A stretch of DNA of 64,000 bases from an uncultured Erysipelotrichaceae bacterium (GTDB taxonomy: Bacteria; Bacillota_I; Bacilli_A; RFN20; CAG-826), in assembly GCA_902802355.1 (NCBI GenBank), contig CADCLU010000003.1, positions 3,870 to 67,869 on the forward strand, given 5' to 3'. Both the position numbers and the translations under genes were made by a program. The stretch's first letter is position 1. Each line of letters begins with the position of its first letter. The notes beneath the pieces were generated by a model, which saw only the letters and a program-made list of their open reading frames with translations, was not told the origin of the DNA and made no database searches. Positions 57,528-64,000 of the stretch are shown in pieces.

Positions 57528-58082
57528 TTAGTCTTTGAGCTGATTTTCAGCCTGAATGACACCATATCCACCATCTAAACGCTTGTAGGCGACGGAGATC
57601 TGATCATCCTCTTCATCGAGATAGAGGAAGAACGAATGTCCTAAGGCTTCCATTCTTGTGATGGCATCATCTAAGCTCATTGGCTCAAGGTAGATGGACT
57701 TGGTTCTGACGACTTCGTCTTCTTCGTTTTCGGCTTCTTCAGCTTGGAAATTCTCGAAGGCGATTGAACGTCCGAGGGAGTCTCCGGACTTCTTTTTGGC
57801 GAAGCGGGTTTTGAGTCTCCTCATCTGGTCTTCTAGCTTGTCAATGGCAACATCGACTGAGTCATAGAAATCGTTTGCACGGACCTCGGTTCTGAAGTCC
57901 ATCTCTTTGGTGAAGATGGTGATTTCAACCTTGGCTCCGACTTTGTAAGTTACGACGACGGCACGGCAAAGGACGTTGTCTCCATCCACAAAGTACTTGT
58001 CCATTCTGCCAAGTTTTTTCTCGATGGCAGCACGAATAGAATCGGTGATTGTAGTGTTCTTTCCGACGATTTGGTATTTCAT
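57528..58082 (-). CDS. hpf: Ribosome hibernation promoting factor (long HPF)
   Basis: MKYQIVGKNTTITDSIRAAIEKKL N-terminal RaiA domain plus C-terminal dimerisation domain. 184 aa. Confidence 0.85.
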   Translation of the reverse strand: MKYQIVGKNTTITDSIRAAIEKKLGRMDKYFVDGDNVLCRAVVVTYKVGAKVEITIFTKEMDFRTEVRANDFYDSVDVAIDKLEDQMRRLKTRFAKKKSGDSLGRSIAFENFQAEEAENEEDEVVRTKSIYLEPMSLDDAITRMEALGHSFFLYLDEEDDQISVAYKRLDGGYGVIQAENQLKD

Positions 58083-58210
58083 ACCTATGTACCTCCAGGA
58101 TATATATCCTTCTTTGGCTATATTTTAATATATAACCAAAAATTGATAAATACTTTAGCGCTCGAGAGAGCCTGTCATCGGCACATTATCTCTAATGTAA
58201 ATTGAGAGGC

Positions 58211-58241
58211 GTTTTAAAAACCCCTCAGTTTTCGTGAGGGG
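58211..58241 (-). terminator. Rho-independent terminator after metK
   Basis: CCCCTCA-loop-TGAGGGG hairpin followed by a T-tract on the minus strand. Confidence 0.65.
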
Positions 58242-58268
58242 TTAGGTATTTATTCACTAATTAGGGGG

Positions 58269-59441
58269 TTATTTGGCCTTATTAGCGAAGAATTCCTTAA
58301 GTTCGGAGACCTTATCAAGTTCTTCCCATGGAAGATTGAGTTCTTCTCTGCCAAAGGCACCATAGACAGTTGTGTCGAGGTATTTGAACTTAGGCTTGTT
58401 GAGAGAGAACTTCTGGATGATGGCGCCAGGTCTTGGATCGAAAACCTTCTTGATGGCCTCAAGGATGACGTCATCGCTATAACGACTGGTCTTGAAGGTC
58501 GAAATGTTAATGGAGACAGGCTCAGGAATGCCAATCGCATAAGCAAGCTGGACTTCCATTCTGGCAGCGGCTCCAGCGGCAACGAGGTTCTTGGCGATGT
58601 ATCTAGCATAGTAGCAAGCACTGCGGTCAACCTTGCTTGGATCTTTGCCAGAGAAAGCTCCGCCTCCGTGGTGGGCGCTTCCTCCATAAGTGTCGACGAT
58701 GATCTTTCTGCCAGTCAAACCGGTATCGCCAGCAGGTCCGCCGATAACGAATCTGCCAGTTGGATTAATGAGGATATTGAAGTCATCATTGAGACCGAAC
58801 TCTTTAGCGACTTCCTTCATGATCTTCTCGGAAACGAACTCACGGAATTCCTTCATGTTGGTTTCTGGGTCGTTCTGGATGGACATGAGGATGGTGTCGA
58901 TACGTGGGTGGCCATGGTTGGTGTAATCGATAGTAACCTGTGACTTCATGTCTGGTCTAGCGTGAAGGAAGGTTCCGTTCTTTCTAAGCTCGCTTGCCTT
59001 CTTCACGAGTGCGTGCGCGATTGAAATAGGAAGAGGCATGTAGTTCTTGCTCTCATTGGAGGCATAACCGAACATCATGCCTTGGTCGCCAGCACCCATC
59101 TCAAGAAGGGATCCACGCGAGACGCCCATATTGATATCTGGGCTCTGTTCTTGGACTTTGACATCGATTTTGCAGCTGTCGCATCCAATGCCTTTTTCGG
59201 CGGAAGTGTAGCCGATGTCACGAAGGACTTTTCTGGCTATTTTTTCGTAATCCGGGTGGAATTTGCTGGTGATTTCGCCTCCGATGAGGATGTATTCGTT
59301 GGTGGCGAAAACCTCACAGGCAACGTGGGAATCCGGGTCACCTGCAAGTGTAGCGTCAAGAATCGCGTCAGAGATCTGGTCGCAGACCTTGTCAGGATGT
59401 CCTTCGCTGACGGATTCGCTCGTGAATAAAATCTTTTCCAT
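58269..59441 (-). CDS. metK: S-adenosylmethionine synthetase
   Basis: GHPDKVCDQISDAILD and GGGAFSGKDPSKVDRS motifs. Confidence 0.95.
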   Translation of the reverse strand: MEKILFTSESVSEGHPDKVCDQISDAILDATLAGDPDSHVACEVFATNEYILIGGEITSKFHPDYEKIARKVLRDIGYTSAEKGIGCDSCKIDVKVQEQSPDINMGVSRGSLLEMGAGDQGMMFGYASNESKNYMPLPISIAHALVKKASELRKNGTFLHARPDMKSQVTIDYTNHGHPRIDTILMSIQNDPETNMKEFREFVSEKIMKEVAKEFGLNDDFNILINPTGRFVIGGPAGDTGLTGRKIIVDTYGGSAHHGGGAFSGKDPSKVDRSACYYARYIAKNLVAAGAAARMEVQLAYAIGIPEPVSINISTFKTSRYSDDVILEAIKKVFDPRPGAIIQKFSLNKPKFKYLDTTVYGAFGREELNLPWEELDKVSELKEFFANKAK

Positions 59442-59455
59442 ATATACCTTTCGAG

Positions 59456-59605
59456 TAAAAAGCCTCCCACCAAGTGGAAGGCTCGTTTGTCCATTCCTCT
59501 AGCATCGTTCCGAGGGTGGGCCCCGGCTAAGGACGAGCACTTACCTCTATAGAGGAGTTGCTAGCGCTTTTTCGCAGTCCTTTATAAGCGCTTCTTGATA
59601 CTAGC
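59456..59605 (-). ncRNA. SAM-responsive riboswitch (divergent SAM-I/S-box-like aptamer) with expression-platform terminator in the metK leader
   Basis: On the minus strand the P1 helix is CUAGUAUC ... GAUGCUAG. The junction motifs UAUCAAGAAG, AAAGGACUG and GCUAGCAAC align with SAM-I UAUCAAGAGAGG / GAGGGACUGG / CCGGCAACC. A terminator GAGCCUUCCAC-UUGG-UGGGAGGCU+UUUUU ends about 20 nt before the RBS AAAGGU. Confidence 0.5.
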
Positions 59606-59654
59606 TTTTCGCTCGGTCGATATTATATATGACTTTTCAAAAAGGTGTTAGGAA

Positions 59655-59690
59655 AACGATAAAAGGCCCCATTGCTAGGGCCTTAATCTT
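59655..59690. terminator. Bidirectional terminator (AAGGCCC/GGGGCCTT hairpin) after the TSCPD gene
   Basis: Stem flanked by an A-run and T-runs. Confidence 0.55.
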
Positions 59691-59952
59691 TTTTTTCTTC
59701 CTTCAAGGCTTTGAGGGCTTTGGCTAATTGGTCTGGGCAAGATGTTTTTCCTGTCCTGCTTCCGCGGCACTCAATACCTTCAAGGATTGAGATGACCTCA
59801 TCGACCTTTCTTCCCGCGCATAGACGGGCGACGCCTTGCCTGTTGCCTTGGCAGCCTCCGAGGGTTTCGACATTAACTATCGTATCCCCGTCGACGGTGA
59901 TTATCATCTCACGAGCGCAGACGTCCGTGGGCTGGTAATGGAATGTCTTCAT
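59683..59952 (-). CDS. TSCPD-domain protein (4-Cys small protein)
   Basis: TLGGCQGN...CAGR...TSCPDQ motif. Start taken at MKTFHYQ, sharing one nt with the PduL stop (TAATG). Confidence 0.6.
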   Translation of the reverse strand: MKTFHYQPTDVCAREMIITVDGDTIVNVETLGGCQGNRQGVARLCAGRKVDEVISILEGIECRGSRTGKTSCPDQLAKALKALKEEKKD

Positions 59953-60581
59953 TATTTGACGATTGTTCCGTAGATGGTGCCAGAGGCCCAAGCGGCGTTG
60001 GCTTCGTCGGTATCGATGTGCATCGCAAGAGCGTATTTCTCGCTGACGCGGATGACGGTGTCGCCGAAGATGGTCTCACGGCCGGTTCCAGAGATGAGGA
60101 CACGGACGATCTCGCCATTCTTGACGCCGAACTTCTCGGCATCGGCTGGAGTCATGTGGATATGACGTTTGGCAACGATTAGGCCTTCTTTGAGCTCGAT
60201 GGCTTTGCCATTGAGTGGGTTGACGAGTTTGATTGGGGCGCTGCCAGCGATGTCTCCGCTTTCACGAACAGGGGCATTGACCTTAAGGGTTCTGGCATCG
60301 GTTCCGCTCACTTCGACCTGGTTCTCTTTTCTCACTGGTCCAAGGATGGAAACGTTCTTGAGCATTGATTCTTTGCCGGTCTTTGGGTTGACTGGGCCGA
60401 CGATATCAAGACGGGTGTTGCTGGCGAACTGGCCTGGCTGGGAAAGTGGGTTTCTGACCTCAAGTTCAGCGTGCTTTCCAGCAGCGATTTCCTCATCGCT
60501 GAGCATAAGATAATCAAGGGTTTCCTGGGTAACGTGGATGTGCCTTGCGCTGGTTTCGACAATGAATTTTAATTCTTCCAT
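59952..60581 (-). CDS. PduL/EutD-type phosphate acyltransferase (phosphotransacylase)
   Basis: Two PduL half-domains with SARHIH and AKRHIHM motifs. Start moved to MEELKF, preceded by AGAGGAGAAAC. Confidence 0.7.
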   Translation of the reverse strand: MEELKFIVETSARHIHVTQETLDYLMLSDEEIAAGKHAELEVRNPLSQPGQFASNTRLDIVGPVNPKTGKESMLKNVSILGPVRKENQVEVSGTDARTLKVNAPVRESGDIAGSAPIKLVNPLNGKAIELKEGLIVAKRHIHMTPADAEKFGVKNGEIVRVLISGTGRETIFGDTVIRVSEKYALAMHIDTDEANAAWASGTIYGTIVK

Positions 60582-60703
60582 TTTTTGTTTCTCCTCTTTT
60601 GGGCAACTAATTATAACTCTTGCGTAGCAAAGAAAAACAAAAAGCACTTCCTTTTTTCCATATAAAGGACATACAATAGGCACGACAAAAAGGAGGTATC
60701 AAC

Positions 60704-62299
60704 ATGATCGAAGAAAAGAACGAAAACAAAGAAGCCGAAGAGATCGAGAAGGTCGAACCGGAAAGCGAAGAAATAGAAACTCCGATTGATGAAGTTACTT
60801 CCGAGGAAATCACCCAGTCAAGATTCGGACCAGAAGACCTTGAGGCCGCGATCAAAACCCGCGACAGAAAAGCCCTCTTAGAGATTTTCGAAACCATTCC
60901 TGACGCCGATATTGCTGAAGCCGCTGAAGAGATCGACATCAAAGAGCTTATTACCTTATTTAGGTACGCAAAGCCATCAATGACCGCGCCTCTTTTCGAT
61001 GAGCTCAGCCAAGACAAGAAAGAAGAGCTTGTGACCGCCATGAGCGACCGCGAGCTTATCGCCATCATCAACGAGCAATCCGCTGACGATATCGCCGACG
61101 CCGTCGACGACATGCCTGCCAACCTTGCGAAACGTGTTCTCAAGGCCGCAAGCCCAGACATGAGAAAAGACGTCAATCACCTCTTAAAGTACGAAGATGA
61201 CACCGCCGGTGCCATCATGACCACCGAGTACCTCGAGTGCATAGACACCGCGACCGTCAAAGAGACCATCAACCTCGTCCGTACCAAAGGTAAGGATGCG
61301 GAAACCGTTTATACCATCTTCGTCAAAAACAAAGCACGTAAGTTCGTCGGAACCGTCGACTTAGATGATCTTATCTGGTCAGAAGAAGACCAAACCCTTT
61401 CGGAAATCATGAACAAAGACGCGCCATATTGCCACGTCAACACCGATAAGGAAGAGGTCGCCAACATGTTCCGTAAGTACGACCTTAACGCCATGGCCGT
61501 TCTCAACAAAGACGATTGCATCATCGGTATCGTCACCGTTGACGACGCTGTCGACGTCATGGACCAAGAGGCTACTGAAGACTTGGAAAAGATGAACGCC
61601 ATCACGGCCTTAGAGGATTCTTACCTCGAGACCCATCCAGTCTCCATGATGAAGAAATGCGTCCCATGGATCATCGTTCTTTTGATCCTTGGCACCCTTT
61701 CCTCGATGATTCTTTCCATCTTCCAGGATCGACTTGCCGTCCTTCCTGTCTTAGCCGCATTCATCCCTGTCCTTATGGACACTGGCGGAAACGCTGGCGG
61801 TCAGACCATCGCTCTTATGATCCGTGGTCTTGCCCTTAAGGAATTCGAGCCAAAAGAGTTCTGGAAGATTCTCGGAAGAGAAATCAGAAGTGCAGTCCTC
61901 ATTTCCCTTTGCATCGCTGCCTTCGCCTTCTTCTGGTTCACGATGGAGCAATACACCGGCATCGTCCATAACACTTTGGCCGATATGGCTTGGTGCGCTG
62001 ACAACGGTGTTGAGTATACCGCTGAGCATTGGGGAACCCTTTGGAACGGCAATGTTTGGAGCGTGGGTTACTTCCTCAACGTCATCAAGATCTCCGCGAT
62101 CGTTGCCGGAACCCTCTTCGTCACCACCATCGCGAGCAAAATCGTCGCTGTTTTGCTTCCTCTTGGAGCCGCTGCTCTCAAGAAAGACCCAGCGATCGTT
62201 GCTCAACCTTTGCTTACCACCATCATCGATGGAACCTCGCTTCTCATCTACTTCGGCGTTGCCGAATTACTCGTTCTCCAGTTCCTTGGAGCCGCATAA
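60704..62299 (+). CDS. mgtE: Magnesium transporter MgtE (with acidic N-terminal extension)
   Basis: MgtE N-domain, tandem CBS domains, C-terminal five-TM channel domain with PVLMDTGGNAGGQ. AAAGGAGGT RBS. Confidence 0.85.
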   Translation: MIEEKNENKEAEEIEKVEPESEEIETPIDEVTSEEITQSRFGPEDLEAAIKTRDRKALLEIFETIPDADIAEAAEEIDIKELITLFRYAKPSMTAPLFDELSQDKKEELVTAMSDRELIAIINEQSADDIADAVDDMPANLAKRVLKAASPDMRKDVNHLLKYEDDTAGAIMTTEYLECIDTATVKETINLVRTKGKDAETVYTIFVKNKARKFVGTVDLDDLIWSEEDQTLSEIMNKDAPYCHVNTDKEEVANMFRKYDLNAMAVLNKDDCIIGIVTVDDAVDVMDQEATEDLEKMNAITALEDSYLETHPVSMMKKCVPWIIVLLILGTLSSMILSIFQDRLAVLPVLAAFIPVLMDTGGNAGGQTIALMIRGLALKEFEPKEFWKILGREIRSAVLISLCIAAFAFFWFTMEQYTGIVHNTLADMAWCADNGVEYTAEHWGTLWNGNVWSVGYFLNVIKISAIVAGTLFVTTIASKIVAVLLPLGAAALKKDPAIVAQPLLTTIIDGTSLLIYFGVAELLVLQFLGAA

Positions 62300-62321
62300 T
62301 CAAAGCAATTTCATAAACTCA

Positions 62322-62350
62322 TTGATATTAAAAACCGAGGTGAGTATAAT
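62322..62350 (+). promoter_or_regulatory. Consensus sigma-A promoter TTGATA-17-TATAAT for tRNA-Leu
   Basis: Read directly from the sequence. It lies 10 nt upstream of the tRNA. Confidence 0.6.
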
Positions 62351-62360
62351 TCACCTTGCC

Positions 62361-62444
<84 letters not shown>

Positions 62445-62456
62445 ACTAAAAAAATG

Positions 62457-62490
62457 GTTCGACAGATCGTTGTCGAACTTTTTTCTTTTT
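62457..62490 (+). terminator. Rho-independent terminator after tRNA-Leu
   Basis: GTTCGACA-GATCGT-TGTCGAAC followed by TTTTTTCTTTTT. Confidence 0.7.
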
Positions 62491-62533
62491 AAGGATTTAT
62501 AATAGTTTTGACAGGGATTTTTGAAGGCAGACT

Positions 62534-63157
62534 ATGAAACACATCGTTATCCTTTCGACATTATTTGTCATCGGTTCACTCTTTGGCTGGGTGCTTGAAG
62601 TCTTCTTCCGCAGGTTTGTTTCCCAGAAGAAATGGATGAACCCAGGCTTCTTAACCGGACCTTATTTGCCTATTTATGGATTCGGGGTCGCTTTCCTATA
62701 TGGCATTAGCAACATCCCTTTAGGAATACCCAACGAAATCGTTGATGTCATTGTCCGCATCCTCTTAATCGGTGTCGCGATGACCCTAGTCGAATTCATC
62801 GCTGGCTTGATCTTCATCAAAGGTTTTGGAGTCAAGTTATGGGATTATTCGAACCGTAAAGGAAACATCATGGGAATCATCTGCCCGATCTTCTCTCTTG
62901 CCTGGCTGGCAGTTGGTTCGCTTTATTATTTCCTTTTGAATCCGATTCTCGTTGAGGGCATCAGCTGGCTAAGCGATAACCTCATCTATACGTATTTCAT
63001 CGGCATCGTCATCGGTGCGATGGCAGTCGATTTCGCCTATTCGATCCATTTGGCCACTCAGCTTAAGGCCATCAAAGAATCCGCTGATGAGCGATTCGAG
63101 GATTTGAAGAAGAGATGGAAAGAAAGGATAAAGGCCATCCGTTCAAAGAACAAATAA
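62534..63157 (+). CDS. Polytopic membrane protein (DUF1113 / 'ABC-transporter type IV'-like, tentative)
   Basis: N-terminal GWVLEVFFRRF...NPGFLTGPYLPIYGFG motif. Five to six TM helices. Confidence 0.4.
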   Translation: MKHIVILSTLFVIGSLFGWVLEVFFRRFVSQKKWMNPGFLTGPYLPIYGFGVAFLYGISNIPLGIPNEIVDVIVRILLIGVAMTLVEFIAGLIFIKGFGVKLWDYSNRKGNIMGIICPIFSLAWLAVGSLYYFLLNPILVEGISWLSDNLIYTYFIGIVIGAMAVDFAYSIHLATQLKAIKESADERFEDLKKRWKERIKAIRSKNK

Positions 63158-63180
63158 GTGCTTAAGCACTTTTTTTGTTA
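63158..63180 (+). terminator. Rho-independent terminator (GTGCTTAAGCAC palindrome + T7)
   Basis: AAGTGCTTAAGCACTTTTTTTG. Confidence 0.6.
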
Positions 63181-63204
63181 TCCCCCTATGGTATATTTGT
63201 CATC

Positions 63205-64000
63205 ATGGCACTCGTCGAACTGAAAGACATCGAATTCAATTACAGTGACAAAGAGCTCTACAAAAAGGTCTCTTTCAAGGTCAATAGCGGAGAGCATTGC
63301 TGCCTAGTCGGAAGCAACGGTTCTGGGAAGACCACGATTTTGAATATCATCGTCGGCGAGCTTAAAGCGGACAAAGGCCAAGTCATTTGGGAAAGCGGGG
63401 TCACCCATTCCTATTTGGACCAACAGCTTAAGGTCGCCCAAGACATGCCTGTCCATCAATACCTCTATGGCGTTTACGAAGATCTCTTTGAGAAAGAAAA
63501 GAGAATGAACGAACTCTATGAACAAAGCGCGGTTGATGGGGCAAATTTCGAAAAATTACTGGCAAAAGCCGACCGAATTCAAACAGAACTCACTGAAAAA
63601 GGGTTCTACGCCCTCCAGGAGAAAGTAGGAAAGCTGACCGATGGCTTAGGATTCCAAAAAGAGAATCTTGAAGCACCTCTAGCCAAGCTTTCAAGCGGTC
63701 AAAGAGAGAAAGCCTATCTCGCGAAGATGCTTCTCGAGGAAAAAGACTTCCTCATCATGGACGAGCCTACGAACTTCCTCGATGCCACTCAAGTAGATTG
63801 GCTTGCTAGATATCTCATCTCTTATCCAAAAGCCTTCCTCGTCGTTAGCCACGACCAGGAATTCCTTAAGAGAATCGCCACGGTTGTTTTCTGTTTAGAG
63901 AATCAGACCGTCACAAGATACAAAGGAACCTTTGAGCATTATCTTGAGCAACACGAGCTCGACAAAGAGCAATACGAGAAGAACTACAACGCTCAGCAAA
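63205..64000 (+). CDS. ABC-F family ATPase (EttA/Uup-like), partial (runs off the window end)
   Basis: Walker A GSNGSGKTT, ABC signature LSGGQREKAYLAKML, Walker B FLIMDEPTNFLD. Extended -10 TGGTATATT lies 7 nt upstream of the ATG. Confidence 0.8.
   Translation, partial: MALVELKDIEFNYSDKELYKKVSFKVNSGEHCCLVGSNGSGKTTILNIIVGELKADKGQVIWESGVTHSYLDQQLKVAQDMPVHQYLYGVYEDLFEKEKRMNELYEQSAVDGANFEKLLAKADRIQTELTEKGFYALQEKVGKLTDGLGFQKENLEAPLAKLSSGQREKAYLAKMLLEEKDFLIMDEPTNFLDATQVDWLARYLISYPKAFLVVSHDQEFLKRIATVVFCLENQTVTRYKGTFEHYLEQHELDKEQYEKNYNAQQ

Noticed and set aside
58250-58687. 145-aa ORF (58250..58687-) overlapping metK
   Set aside because: It is an alternative frame inside the highly conserved metK CDS, and is spurious.
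59461-59580. Plus-strand small RNA (SRP/RNase P/tmRNA-like) in the metK upstream region
   Set aside because: I looked for SRP domain IV (GGAAGCAGCCA) and RNase P (AGGAAAGTCCGGGCTCC) motifs and found none. The structure is better explained as a minus-strand SAM riboswitch with a P1 helix and terminator.
60582-60703. Possible M-box (ykoK) riboswitch upstream of mgtE
   Set aside because: Only about 120 nt are shared with the divergent PduL promoter. No M-box conserved segments are present, and a strong SD lies directly upstream of the ATG.

Overview
The window is a 64 kb chromosomal segment from a Firmicutes-like bacterium, with moderate GC (estimated 45-50% by eye), strong AGGAGG-type Shine-Dalgarno sites and rho-independent terminators. 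About 57 protein genes are called, most on the minus strand.

RNA genes: four solitary tRNA genes (Ser-GCU, Ser-CGA, Ser-GGA, Leu-GAG), each with its own promoter and terminator.

Recognisable housekeeping genes: proS (archaeal-type), trpS, metK, hpf, def, rnj, maf, coaD, rsmD, mgtE, an RluA-type pseudouridine synthase, phosphoglucomutase, a csoR-regulated copA-copZ-csoR copper efflux operon, two Cof-type HAD phosphatases, and an ABC-F ATPase.

Accessory-looking content:
- a heterodimeric ABC exporter pair translationally coupled to a Sel1-repeat/Zn-ribbon protein;
- a PAP2 / DUF1624 / NUDIX / surface-glycosylation block (GT2-GtrA fusion plus a phosphodiester glycosidase);
- a three-gene cluster of two very large membrane-anchored GH3 beta-glucosidases flanking a lipoprotein;
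- a tRNA-Ser-adjacent block of orphan genes ending in a stand-alone 1946-aa SF1 (Upf1-like) helicase-nuclease giant, which is the strongest candidate for an undescribed system (possibly defence);
- a translationally coupled small basic protein plus truncated P-loop kinase-like pair;
- an operon of a 755-aa polytopic membrane protein with two small membrane proteins.

Regulatory sites seen directly:
- a CsoR operator palindrome (ATACCCCCAGGGGGTAT) overlapping the copA promoter and RBS;
- a divergent SAM-I-like riboswitch leader with terminator upstream of metK;
- at least six genes whose -10 box sits 6-9 nt from the ATG with no Shine-Dalgarno (candidate leaderless mRNAs);
- several bidirectional terminators.

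No CRISPR array, IS element, rRNA, T-box or M-box was found. All protein-family calls are from motif recognition without database searches.
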